The notes beneath the pieces are model-generated. The model saw only the letters and a program-made list of their open reading frames with translations. It had not been told where the DNA came from and searched no databases. A program made the translations under genes and the position numbers. DNA of 64,000 bases, taken from the IMG/VR virus record IMGVR_UViG_3300042519_001716. One strand, given 5' to 3'. The first letter of the stretch is position 1. Each line of letters starts with the position of its first letter. This document shows, one piece after another, positions 34,949-44,755 of the stretch. The DNA comes from a virus (taxonomy: Duplodnaviria > Heunggongvirae > Uroviricota > Caudoviricetes).

Positions 34949-35605
34949 TTAATAAAACTTTCTTAATAATTCAATCACATCCCATGCATCTTCCAATGCA
35001 TTATGTGTAACAATACCTTCAATATTCATTCTTTCCTTACAAGTTATAAGTGATGGTAATGATGTGTCATTAGTCCAATCAACACAAAGGATCGCCGGGT
35101 CTAAAACTCTTTGTCGAGTTCTAATTAACTTCTGCCACCATGGTAACTCTTGTAAGAATAGTTTATCAAATGTTCCAAAGTTCTTGCCAGCAACATTTAA
35201 TGTAATTGGTTTAGTTTTCCCATCGATAATTGGTGTTAATTTTCCATTTATATGTGTTGATGGTGAATCTAAAGTTGAATAACCATTACTCCAAAGAAAC
35301 TTATAAAATTCTTTCACAACATCGTCCTCCTCATAGAAGTTATATCCACTATTACTGTTTAACATTCCCCTAACTTCATCTGTTCCCTCAAGATATTCAC
35401 CCATCAAAGAAATAATTTCTTTGTTCATTGTGATTGCTCTTGGCGACCCCTGAATGTTATTCTGAAGAACTATTGCGTTGAACTTTGGTAGTTCTTCGTA
35501 TGGTAATTTGTTATTAGTGTCCTCGATGATAGCCCCAATAGAGAGGACATGATTCATATCATGATTCAGTCCCGAAGTCTCAATGTCAATTGATACGTAT
35601 TTCAT
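34949..35605 (-). CDS. DEDDh 3'-5' exonuclease-like protein
   Basis: YVSIDIETSGLN and HNALEDAWD motifs. Confidence 0.6.
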   Translation of the reverse strand: MKYVSIDIETSGLNHDMNHVLSIGAIIEDTNNKLPYEELPKFNAIVLQNNIQGSPRAITMNKEIISLMGEYLEGTDEVRGMLNSNSGYNFYEEDDVVKEFYKFLWSNGYSTLDSPSTHINGKLTPIIDGKTKPITLNVAGKNFGTFDKLFLQELPWWQKLIRTRQRVLDPAILCVDWTNDTSLPSLITCKERMNIEGIVTHNALEDAWDVIELLRKFY

Positions 35606-35607
35606 AA

Positions 35608-35811
35608 TTAATCTTTTTTAATTGTTCCTATAATACCTTCAGCGCTAGAAAAGCTGAAGAATAAATAAACTATTTTTGTTAGCCAATGCCAGTCAAGAAG
35701 ATTGGGTTCTTTGGTGATAAAAACGAACATTAGATACCAAAACCCAAACCCGAACATTATTGACGCCAGTAAAATTAAGAATATTTTCATAAAAACCAAA
35801 AACTTATTCAC
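35608..35811 (-). CDS. small membrane protein
   Basis: two hydrophobic helices in 67 aa. Confidence 0.4.
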   Translation of the reverse strand: MNKFLVFMKIFLILLASIMFGFGFWYLMFVFITKEPNLLDWHWLTKIVYLFFSFSSAEGIIGTIKKD

Positions 35812-35866
35812 TAATATATCCCTTTTTATTTAAAAAAACAAAAAAAAGCTGGATATTTATATTATT

Positions 35867-36397
35867 ATGGGAATTAAAATAGTTTTAACTGAAGAGCAGG
35901 CTGAAAGATTAGAAGCCAAAGTTGGTAAATTACCAATAACAGAAGCCAATATGGCGTGTACTGACCTTAATTATGATTCACTCAACAGATTTGTAGGTGG
36001 GAAAGAAATGAAAAAATTAGGTAATAATACTATTGTTCATAAGATAGATGATAAAACTATTGGTGTGAAATACCATAGAACCGATATAATAAAAATAGAT
36101 CAAGACAACACCGTTATACTTAACACTAATGGATGGGAAACCACCACAACTAAAGACAGATTGAATCAATTTTTACGTTGTAGAGGATATCACATATTCC
36201 AAAAAAAGGGTATATGGTATCTTTCTGGTAAAGAAGATACATTTAAATACGAAGATGGGGTAAGAATAACATCAAATGGTGATGTTATTAGAGCAAGTGC
36301 AAACGCAATCAAAAATAATATTCTAAATTTAATTAAGAATAAAGAAATTGACCCTAAGTATAGTGAACTTTATGGGTTAAGTAACAACGATAATTAA
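35867..36397 (+). CDS. hypothetical protein; N-terminal MGIKIVLTEEQAERL motif shared with the adjacent large lysin
   Basis: lone + strand gene within a - strand block. Confidence 0.5.
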   Translation: MGIKIVLTEEQAERLEAKVGKLPITEANMACTDLNYDSLNRFVGGKEMKKLGNNTIVHKIDDKTIGVKYHRTDIIKIDQDNTVILNTNGWETTTTKDRLNQFLRCRGYHIFQKKGIWYLSGKEDTFKYEDGVRITSNGDVIRASANAIKNNILNLIKNKEIDPKYSELYGLSNNDN

Positions 36398-36401
36398 TAC
36401 C

Positions 36402-39400
36402 CTATCTTTTTTTAGCCAACTTTAATGTTTCACCTGTAGCTGGATCAAATCTAAACCAATCTTGGTTTGCATTCTGAACCGTATATGTTTGTTTATTTTC
36501 AGGTGACACTCCAACAGCATAAAATTGAGGGTGAAGAATTGTTTCTCCAGTTCTTTTAAGTAACCCCCACAACCCATCTTCGGTTTTAACAATTATATTA
36601 CCGTTTTTATCTACTGGCGAATTTTCAACAAAACGTGATAGGAATGGTACTGACTCGGTACAAGAAAATAAAGATCTTTTTATTCCTCTTGATCCAATAA
36701 TCGCAATTACTGTGTCCTCATCAAATTTCTTAAAACCATGATCAATGTAATCACAGAATGTGGTATATATACTAAAAAAGTTTTGTGATATTGATCTTAG
36801 ACTTTCAATAAATACCATTTTAGATTGGCTAATAGATGATGAATCATAAACTTGATCAAAATTACTTTTAAGTAAATCATTTGATTTAGCCCCAAAAAAA
36901 GATGTAAATGTGGATTTTTCACCAGTGTTTAATGATTCAGCATCATTAATAATATTGATAACAACATCGTCAGTAAATTTAGTTAAAAGTTCAGTCTGAT
37001 TATTTAATTCAATTGACTTCTTAAGTAATTTTAGTTTAACGTTATTTGGATACTGAGTGAAATTAAGCTCGCCTCCAATAACAGCATCAATGATACCTGG
37101 CCAAGCGCTTTCATCATTAATATTATATTTTAATGCTGGATTATTATCATACACTCTTTTTAAATCAGCAGGTGATAGATCTGCTAACTGAAAATTATCT
37201 TCATATCTATGTACACCTTCTCTTGTGAGGCTTGTTACAGGAAATGTTGTATTAGTTAAAAGATCAATAATTTGATTGTGAAATCTTGATGTAGGTTTTT
37301 TATTACCGTGTCTGTGAAAATCACCAACAATACCACCACGTCTATAATCTAATGTCATTAACGATTCACCCTCACCAAAAGCATTTACTCTTCTGAATGA
37401 TATCAACTCACCGTTATTACTTGCTCTACCGCAATGTCCCATTCTAGCTTGTTCATCTGAACAATAGCTCTTGTGTAGATTAACCCAATAATAACCAACA
37501 CCGTCAGCATTTCTATAATCAATAAAAACATCACCAGTCTCTTTATAATCAGTGTCTTTTCTTACTTCTAATGATTCATGCCATTCTTCTGCCTGATCAT
37601 AAGCCATTTGAAATGTGAGATCGCGAATGTTTAATTGTTCTCTTCTTGGTGCACTAACCCAGTGCATAATATATTGATACATGGGTTTAATCCCTTGATT
37701 CCATTGTACAAATCCTTCAGGTGTCTTTTCGTTTAGTTGACTAATGATAGATTCTTTTAAATCATCATCATCCCCTTGTCGAACAATTTCTCTATTTTGA
37801 CCCTTTTCAACTTGATCAATGATAAATTTAACAAACGTATCTGCAATCCAGATTGATAGTTTTTTATTTAAACCGTGAAATTCATTAACCCAATCTTCAC
37901 TAAAACCAAATGTGTTTATGATTGCCTGTCTTTTGTCTGCCTCTAACAATAATGATTCATTTAATGTTTCGGTTTTTGTTTGAGATAAACTTGCGTAAAC
38001 AGATTGATTTCTTTTTCTTATAGAAGATATTAAATTCTTTAATCCAACTTCGTATGTGCCGGCAGTCGCATAATTATTACCATCTTCGTTTTTAAAGTCA
38101 TTTACTAAGTCAGAAGCTGTTTTACCTCTAACCAAATATCTTCTAGCTAATAAATCATAGTAAGCATCAACACCCGCTTCAACGGTTGGAAAAGTTTTTG
38201 AACCAGTTTCAGTGTTACCAACATTAAATGGGTTGTTAGTTCTTCTTGGTCTACTATTACTAGATGAACCGATACCACCTTCTAGTGTTAATTGTGCCAG
38301 AGCTAATTCTGGTGGAACATATTTTCTATATTGTCTGTAAGCCCTCTCCGCGCTATTGGCTAACATATCACCACTAACAACCGCATTGGGATCTCTTTGT
38401 CTAATAAAATTATCCGAAATATCTCTATATGCTCTCTTACCTTCGTTAGTTAATAAATCAAGATCGGTAAAATCAGCACTACCACCACTTGATACCGCAG
38501 GATCAACATGTTTTTTTAAATCATCTGATGTGACACCTTTATCTAAAAGATTATCGATCAATGTTTTAACCATACTAACAGTAATTGTTGCCCCACCAAT
38601 AACATTCGCAGATCCTTTAGTGGCATAATACCCACCGATTGACGTACCAAAATATTCAAGAGGATTAACTCTATTACCATCTTTTTTTAGTGTTAAATGT
38701 AGGTGCGGGCCTTGTGAATTACCAGAGCCTGGTGCCCCCACAACACCACCTGAAAGACCAATGATATCACCTTGTTTGATAACATCACCACTCTTAACAC
38801 CAACATTAGATAGGTGACAATAGCTACTAACAAAACCATCAGCATGAGAAACTGACACACCATCACCACATCTAGAATCTAATGATCCAGCAGCAATAAC
38901 CTTACCGTCTGCTATTGATTTAATTGGTGTGCCATTTTTAGCTGGTATGTCAATACCTTTATGTGCACCACTTGAACGTTTTTCATCCCAACGATAAGTT
39001 TTACCAGATTCAATTGGTAGTGGCGGCATCAAAGCAGCTTCATTTAAATCATTAGTAGTATTATCTGCAGTATCATCAAAGTCTACAATATTTTTATCCC
39101 TCTTATATTTGTTTACTGCCGCAGCGGTTTCTGGACCGAATAAACCATCCGTTCCAAATCTAGGTAGTGCATACCCCAGGATTTGCAATCCTATTTGTAC
39201 CGCCTCAACCGCTTGTTGACGAGTCATTGTACCTAACTTCTGTTCACTAATATCAGAATCAATACCTTTTAATATTTTAAAAAAATCATCTACATCATCT
39301 CCAATAAAGTCGGCTTTGGTTGGCTCATCTACAGCTTTTTTCTCAACATCGGTCTCCAAACCAGAAATAAATTGTTTTCCGGCTTCAATACCTTTATTAA

Positions 39401-39512
39401 TTAAATTAGATCCTTTAGCGATTAAATCGTCTAACTCATCTTCATTTAACCCTTCTTTAGCTATTTTTAATTTAATCCTAGCTATTTGATCTTCTGTAAG
39501 TACAATTCTCAT
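36402..39512 (-). CDS. large multidomain peptidoglycan hydrolase (PG-binding + M23 endopeptidase + GH73 glucosaminidase-like + long C-terminal region), likely virion-associated lysin
   Basis: GTDGLFGPETAAAVNKY (PG_binding_1), HKGIDI..GPHLHL (M23), NNPFNVG..EAGVDAYYDLL (glucosaminidase-like); 1036 aa. Confidence 0.7.
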   Translation of the reverse strand: MRIVLTEDQIARIKLKIAKEGLNEDELDDLIAKGSNLINKGIEAGKQFISGLETDVEKKAVDEPTKADFIGDDVDDFFKILKGIDSDISEQKLGTMTRQQAVEAVQIGLQILGYALPRFGTDGLFGPETAAAVNKYKRDKNIVDFDDTADNTTNDLNEAALMPPLPIESGKTYRWDEKRSSGAHKGIDIPAKNGTPIKSIADGKVIAAGSLDSRCGDGVSVSHADGFVSSYCHLSNVGVKSGDVIKQGDIIGLSGGVVGAPGSGNSQGPHLHLTLKKDGNRVNPLEYFGTSIGGYYATKGSANVIGGATITVSMVKTLIDNLLDKGVTSDDLKKHVDPAVSSGGSADFTDLDLLTNEGKRAYRDISDNFIRQRDPNAVVSGDMLANSAERAYRQYRKYVPPELALAQLTLEGGIGSSSNSRPRRTNNPFNVGNTETGSKTFPTVEAGVDAYYDLLARRYLVRGKTASDLVNDFKNEDGNNYATAGTYEVGLKNLISSIRKRNQSVYASLSQTKTETLNESLLLEADKRQAIINTFGFSEDWVNEFHGLNKKLSIWIADTFVKFIIDQVEKGQNREIVRQGDDDDLKESIISQLNEKTPEGFVQWNQGIKPMYQYIMHWVSAPRREQLNIRDLTFQMAYDQAEEWHESLEVRKDTDYKETGDVFIDYRNADGVGYYWVNLHKSYCSDEQARMGHCGRASNNGELISFRRVNAFGEGESLMTLDYRRGGIVGDFHRHGNKKPTSRFHNQIIDLLTNTTFPVTSLTREGVHRYEDNFQLADLSPADLKRVYDNNPALKYNINDESAWPGIIDAVIGGELNFTQYPNNVKLKLLKKSIELNNQTELLTKFTDDVVINIINDAESLNTGEKSTFTSFFGAKSNDLLKSNFDQVYDSSSISQSKMVFIESLRSISQNFFSIYTTFCDYIDHGFKKFDEDTVIAIIGSRGIKRSLFSCTESVPFLSRFVENSPVDKNGNIIVKTEDGLWGLLKRTGETILHPQFYAVGVSPENKQTYTVQNANQDWFRFDPATGETLKLAKKR

Positions 39513-39532
39513 AAACTATAAATATCATTTAT

Positions 39533-39751
39533 CTAGGTAATTTGATCTTTATCATTACCATTATCTTCATTATTCCAATTTAACCAATCATCCCCTTTAT
39601 AATCCGGGTGATTTTTCTTCATGTAATCAATCCCAACCACCCATCTCCAAGAGATTAGTCCAACAATAATAAAGATTAATCCAAAAACTGGTAAGTATTC
39701 CATATAGTTATTTTTTAGTTTTATTATGAGGTTTAGGTCTACCGTTTTCAT
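39533..39751 (-). CDS. small membrane protein
   Basis: one TM helix, 72 aa. Confidence 0.4.
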   Translation of the reverse strand: MKTVDLNLIIKLKNNYMEYLPVFGLIFIIVGLISWRWVVGIDYMKKNHPDYKGDDWLNWNNEDNGNDKDQIT

Positions 39752-40070
39752 CTAATAAAACGAAGACTATCTTGTCAATTTTAATAATAGATTGTTTAGT
39801 TTTCTTATTTCTAACATCACAGCAGATTGTTACTGATGTTGTCCCAAATTTAACCAAGTCCATTCCAAACTCGATTACATCACCACTCTTTGCTGTGGCC
39901 ACGAAATCAATCTCAGACATTATCTTAGTAACAATATTAGAACTATCTAATTGACAGATGGCATATATTGCAGCCTCCTCGTCAATCCATTGTAACAATC
40001 TACCACCAAACAAGGTTCCTCTGGGGTTTAAATCTTCTGGTTTAATTAATTTCCTGGTTCTATATATCAC
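39708..40070 (-). CDS. hotdog-fold acyl-CoA thioesterase (YciA/4HBT-like)
   Basis: LNPRGTLFGGRLLQWIDEEAAI matches the thioesterase superfamily signature. Confidence 0.6.
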   Translation of the reverse strand: MIYRTRKLIKPEDLNPRGTLFGGRLLQWIDEEAAIYAICQLDSSNIVTKIMSEIDFVATAKSGDVIEFGMDLVKFGTTSVTICCDVRNKKTKQSIIKIDKIVFVLLDENGRPKPHNKTKK

Positions 40071-40594
40071 TATCTATTTAATTTCGTTATGCATTCATCA
40101 ACCTTATCTCTCAACCTACCACCAAATCCATGATCACCATCTACCGATACGTGTCTCCACATTGCAACTCTTGGTGACAACCACTTGAACGCATGGTATA
40201 GATCTAGATCATCAATTGCTATCCAATTAGAAATCTTATTATCTTTAACCCACTTTGCAATTTCTAACGCCCTTTCATGTTCTAATGACGACCTACTCAT
40301 TTTATTCCATAAGTCCTGATGTGTAGTTATATCAATTAATCGGGCGGTTATACCATAGTGCCAGAAAATTCGTTTCATCTGATTGAATGTAAAATGCTTT
40401 TTCCAATCCGAACTAAGTACTAATTCAGCGTTTGTTTCCTCACATATTTTTTGTAGTGCTTCGCAGTCTTCTTTAACCCAAGGGTAGGGTATTTGAAAAT
40501 CTTCTGCGCCACCTGTTATAGTGACCTTACCATCTCTCCAAGTTCCCCAAGCTAATGGGCCATCGACATCAATGAATATTATTTTTCTTCTCAT
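40070..40594 (-). CDS. HAD-superfamily hydrolase-like protein
   Basis: IIFIDVDGPL (motif I-like) and WIAIDDLD (motif IV-like). Confidence 0.45.
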   Translation of the reverse strand: MRRKIIFIDVDGPLAWGTWRDGKVTITGGAEDFQIPYPWVKEDCEALQKICEETNAELVLSSDWKKHFTFNQMKRIFWHYGITARLIDITTHQDLWNKMSRSSLEHERALEIAKWVKDNKISNWIAIDDLDLYHAFKWLSPRVAMWRHVSVDGDHGFGGRLRDKVDECITKLNR

Positions 40595-40904
40595 TTCTTC
40601 TTTTAGTTAGTAACCTAAATGTATTAAAAATACCTAACAACATAAAGAGTTGTACTGGCCAAAATGGAAAATTTTGTAGCTCATGTAACATCCAAAATAT
40701 ATTCATGAAGACCCATGAAAATAATGTAATGTTAGTGTCTCTATTATGTTTTTCCTTTATTAGGAGATATATTGTAAGAAGTGATGTCGGGAACACCATT
40801 AAAGTTGCTAACCACGTAAACTTCAGACACCAAAATATGTCCTTTAATAACCACGAAGTTACATGGATTTCTTGTATATCAAAATAAAAATTACGAATTC
40901 TCAT
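40569..40904 (-). CDS. membrane protein
   Basis: three hydrophobic helices. Confidence 0.4.
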   Translation of the reverse strand: MRIRNFYFDIQEIHVTSWLLKDIFWCLKFTWLATLMVFPTSLLTIYLLIKEKHNRDTNITLFSWVFMNIFWMLHELQNFPFWPVQLFMLLGIFNTFRLLTKRRNEKKNNIH

Positions 40905-41316
40905 CTATGTACTGAAGTTGTGGTGTCCACACACCTTCTGATACAATTGTTGGGTTATTGTTTCTGTCGATCATAACCCACTCAACCTTAACAATACCCC
41001 ATGGTTCAAATTGTTCTAACACATCTTGTAGAGTAAATGATTTGCAGCTATAGATATCGAACTGAGCCATCGCGGGCTCATGATGATCCCATATGTGTAT
41101 TGACGCGTGTGATGTGGCTAATGTAACAGTTCCAGTTAATCCCTCATTACCAGGAAAGTCTACATAAACACTGGTTGGGCCAGCAACAACTTCCATTTTA
41201 ACTTTATGAACTAATTGGATAAACCAATCATTTAAAACGCTAACCTTTTTTGGTGGGTTATTAAGCCAAACCTTCATTAAAAGGTGTTGGTGATAAGGTA
41301 CAAATTCTTCCTGCAT
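40891..41316 (-). CDS. speD: S-adenosylmethionine decarboxylase-like protein (SpeD/SpeH class)
   Basis: LATSHASIHIWDHHE resembles the pyruvoyl AdoMetDC ESHISIHTWPE processing/active site. Confidence 0.55.
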   Translation of the reverse strand: MQEEFVPYHQHLLMKVWLNNPPKKVSVLNDWFIQLVHKVKMEVVAGPTSVYVDFPGNEGLTGTVTLATSHASIHIWDHHEPAMAQFDIYSCKSFTLQDVLEQFEPWGIVKVEWVMIDRNNNPTIVSEGVWTPQLQYIDENS

Positions 41317-41400
41317 TAATATATTTTTTACTATACATATATATCATAAAATTGGATTTTTCTACGATATTTAAAATATATTTTATATTACTTACCTCAC

Positions 41401-42081
41401 TTATTTTTTGTATTTTTTAAAGTTATCTATGAATGGTTTTTCATATTTCTTTAATTCTTTAGTATCTAAACCGTTATATAAACCAGTTGACATAAAGGCT
41501 TGAATTTCATCATCAATTATTTTTTTGTCATCAATATACCCCATTTTGATAATCTTTTTTTTGAGTTTTTCATAATGAGATGGATTAATTTCAGAAATTA
41601 AATTGTCACAAATCTTTTTATATTCCTTATTTGTATAATATAATCCATGGGCGATTTCGTGATTCATTGTACTTGATTTAAAACTATCCGCACCAATCAA
41701 ATACCATTTTTTTCTTGGTTCCTCAAATCTTAGTGGATAATTCTCACAATGATACCATATGTTACTCATTATTTCGTCATATGGCCCCTTGTCTTTATCA
41801 AAGACATTCATCGCTTTGTCAACAATATTTGATGGTATATTAAACCCAGACCAATCTTCGGGATATGTAAACAAATCTTTGTTCCATCTGTTTTTATAAA
41901 TCATCATGAATTTTTCCCAGGTGAAAAAATGCCCTCTTATTTCTTTATATGGGGACTCATAAAATTCTTGATATCTACAAAACAACATTGTTCTTTGATA
42001 ATCATCTTTGATTGATACTGCGAATATTTGTGGTATAATTTGTTTTACTTCACCAACAACATATTCATTTTTAATTTTCAT
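41401..42081 (-). CDS. hypothetical protein with HExxH motif (NHEIAHGL)
   Basis: ORF track, 226 aa. Confidence 0.45.
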   Translation of the reverse strand: MKIKNEYVVGEVKQIIPQIFAVSIKDDYQRTMLFCRYQEFYESPYKEIRGHFFTWEKFMMIYKNRWNKDLFTYPEDWSGFNIPSNIVDKAMNVFDKDKGPYDEIMSNIWYHCENYPLRFEEPRKKWYLIGADSFKSSTMNHEIAHGLYYTNKEYKKICDNLISEINPSHYEKLKKKIIKMGYIDDKKIIDDEIQAFMSTGLYNGLDTKELKKYEKPFIDNFKKYKK

Positions 42082-42099
42082 ATAAAATGTTTAAAGATA

Positions 42100-42429
42100 T
42101 TATAGAGAAAAACTTTCTCCACATCCACATGTGCGTGATGCGTTGGGGTTTACCCAATGAAACCCCTTTCCATTTAGACCGTCGGAAAATTGTAATTCCG
42201 TTCCGTATAAATAAAGAACAGATTTTTTATCAATTATAACACTCAGCGGCCCAAGATCAACAACCTCATCCATATCCGTAACCTGGGTATCAAAATCCAT
42301 AACATATGAAAGACCACTACATCCACCACCCTTAACACCAACCCTTAGTTTATGTGTATCTGGTGCTATCTGTTGTGAAGCCATTAACGTTACTAGATGA
42401 TTTAATGCGTTGTCACTTATTGTTATCAT
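42100..42429 (-). CDS. iscA: A-type iron-sulfur cluster carrier (IscA/SufA/HesB family)
   Basis: LRVGVKGGGCSGLSY and C-terminal CGCGESF conserved cysteines. Confidence 0.8.
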   Translation of the reverse strand: MITISDNALNHLVTLMASQQIAPDTHKLRVGVKGGGCSGLSYVMDFDTQVTDMDEVVDLGPLSVIIDKKSVLYLYGTELQFSDGLNGKGFHWVNPNASRTCGCGESFSL

Positions 42430-42641
42430 TATTTAATGCCAGATTTATTTAATAAACTATCTGTAGTTTTTTTATCTATTTTAATTTCACTATTGGTCTG
42501 AGTCTCTTTTCTTAATCTTGTTAACTCTTTTTGTTGGAAGTAACATATCAATAGCAAAGCCACAGCCCCACCCATTGTTATATTCTTTTGATTCTTTTTT
42601 AAAAATTCTATCATAATTAATTTATATGTGTGTTTCTTCAA
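42429..42641 (-). CDS. hypothetical small protein between iscA and iscU
   Basis: 70 aa; overlaps neighbours by 1 and 20 nt. Confidence 0.4.
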   Translation of the reverse strand: MKKHTYKLIMIEFLKKNQKNITMGGAVALLLICYFQQKELTRLRKETQTNSEIKIDKKTTDSLLNKSGIK

Positions 42642-43032
42642 AGGTAATTTCTTCTAACCCCTGTTTTTTTCTGTAATCATTTATTGCAGATTTTATTGCA
42701 TCTTCCGCTAAAACTGAACAATGTATTTTAACTGGAGGTAAACTTAACTCCTCAACTAAATCCATATTATCAATTGTAATCGCCTCATCTAACGATTTAC
42801 CTTTTAACCATTCTGTGGCAACCGAAGATGATGCTATTGCTGATCCACAACCAAATGTTTTAAACTTAGCATCAATAATTATATTATCCACCACCTCAAT
42901 TTGTAACCTCATTACATCTCCACATTCTGGGGCACCAACTAAGCCGGTACCAACATTTGATTTAGTTTTATCTAATGTTCCAATGTTTTTAGGGTTTTCG
43001 TAATGATCTATTACTTTTTGTGAATATGACAT
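42622..43032 (-). CDS. iscU: Fe-S cluster scaffold IscU/NifU
   Basis: GAPECGDVMRLQI, FGCGSAIASSS and PPVKIHCSVLAEDAI signature blocks. Confidence 0.85.
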   Translation of the reverse strand: MSYSQKVIDHYENPKNIGTLDKTKSNVGTGLVGAPECGDVMRLQIEVVDNIIIDAKFKTFGCGSAIASSSVATEWLKGKSLDEAITIDNMDLVEELSLPPVKIHCSVLAEDAIKSAINDYRKKQGLEEITFEETHI

Positions 43033-43052
43033 ATTTGTTTATATGATAAATA

Positions 43053-43298
43053 TCAGTTAATTAGTTCATCCGTATTGATATTGTGGTCATCTAATATTTC
43101 GTGTATCTTTTCATACACCAACTCTAAGGCGTCATATTTGTCAATTTCTTTACCCTCCATTGACCACTCTAAACCTTTCTTAGTGTTATGTACAATATTC
43201 CATAACGCCAATGCCATATCCAAAGACTTGACAGCTCTTAGATGTGCTAATACATCATCTGGTTCATTTAAATCAAATTCTAACGTTGCTTTCGCCAT
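43053..43298 (-). CDS. hypothetical protein
   Basis: ORF track, 81 aa. Confidence 0.45.
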   Translation of the reverse strand: MAKATLEFDLNEPDDVLAHLRAVKSLDMALALWNIVHNTKKGLEWSMEGKEIDKYDALELVYEKIHEILDDHNINTDELIN

Positions 43299-43431
43299 AA
43301 ATCACTTAGTTTTTTACCTGGTTTTATTACTCTGCCGCTCTCATCCATCATTGGGGCACGGTATATCTCAAACGCAATCCACAGATAAGTGACAAACATG
43401 ATCAATATAAAAAATTTCATATTAGATATTT

Positions 43432-43731
43432 TTAAATTTGTTCAATATACTTTTTTTTCCAAAACTCCCACCATCTTCTTTTGATAATTGGTTTACATTC
43501 AGAAAATGGGTTGTCACCAAATGATGCTTTATTCAGATATTTTGAAGATAAAACATTAAAGAATATCTCATGGTACTTTGGATCTATCGTTGCAAAATCA
43601 GCGGTTACTTCAGCTCTTAATGTTATTGGGCCGTCCGGTGTAAATATGATGAACTGTTCGTCCAACCTAACCAGCGAACTGGTTTTCATATTAATATAAG
43701 AACCATTACCTATGTGAAAATCACTATTCAT
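43432..43731 (-). CDS. hypothetical protein
   Basis: ORF track, 99 aa. Confidence 0.45.
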   Translation of the reverse strand: MNSDFHIGNGSYINMKTSSLVRLDEQFIIFTPDGPITLRAEVTADFATIDPKYHEIFFNVLSSKYLNKASFGDNPFSECKPIIKRRWWEFWKKKYIEQI

Positions 43732-44034
43732 TTACTCTGTTTGTGTTGTTAAAATTAATTCAAATTCATCAGCCGCTTTTTTGTTTTGTTCTTTAAAAAT
43801 TTCAAGTGCTGTTTCATAACGACCAACCTCAGTAAATCTGATAAATAATTCATCTCGTAAACTATCTCTTTCATTGATCAACATTTGTTTTTCAATGTCA
43901 CCACCCTGAATAAAATTATCAACGGATTTGTGTTTTTGTAGTTCGTATTGCTGTTTGAAATAAAAGAACATCGTTATTATTAGTCCTAGTAGAATAATTG
44001 TTACCCCAGCTCTAATTTTTGTTTCTCTTTTCAT
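43732..44034 (-). CDS. membrane-anchored protein
   Basis: N-terminal TM helix. Confidence 0.45.
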   Translation of the reverse strand: MKRETKIRAGVTIILLGLIITMFFYFKQQYELQKHKSVDNFIQGGDIEKQMLINERDSLRDELFIRFTEVGRYETALEIFKEQNKKAADEFELILTTQTE

Positions 44035-44333
44035 TTGTCTAAATTTTTAATATCCATTAATGTTTTTTCTACCTCTAGTTCTGATAGGTAACCTAACACA
44101 TCATTAGTGATTGGTGTATCATAAGTTATCTCACCGTTTTTACCAAAGACAGCCAATTCATATAAACCATTAGGTCCGCCATATGTGTGTGGCCCTTGTA
44201 CAATACTAGCCCCATAACCATTTGAAAATTTTACTACACATTGTTTCCCCATTCCAATTGGATGTCCTTTGAAGTTCAACTCTTGAAATGTTGTCACGTC
44301 GAAGTTGTTTGTTGGTCTTGTTGTTGTTTTCAT
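44031..44333 (-). CDS. hypothetical protein
   Basis: ATGA overlap with upstream gene. Confidence 0.5.
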   Translation of the reverse strand: MKTTTRPTNNFDVTTFQELNFKGHPIGMGKQCVVKFSNGYGASIVQGPHTYGGPNGLYELAVFGKNGEITYDTPITNDVLGYLSELEVEKTLMDIKNLDK

Positions 44334-44755
44334 CTTTAATTTTTTGTGCGAATGCTCGCGTTAAATAATAATTCATAGCTAAAATATTTCTTCAGCAATA
44401 CCTAAGACTTCTGCGAGTCCAAACAAGGCTGCCGATGATTTAAAATCACCATTAAATAATTGATAACAGGCCCCGAATCTTAATCCACTTTTGAATAAAC
44501 TTATCCAAAAATGTGTATTGGTTTTACTTTCTTTCTCTTGCATATTTTTAATATAAATAAAATTATTGAATTAAAAAAATAAGTAATAATGTTATTATCA
44601 TACCAAGAGTGGCATAATATGAAACGTCTTCTGAAAATTTAATCTGTTCGGGTCTTTTACCTTGATTTTTCATGAGTATTAGTTTAGACCGCTAAATTAA
44701 TAATCTTTTTTTAAATTAAAAAGATTTTAATGATTATTTTTTAACTGGTTATAAA

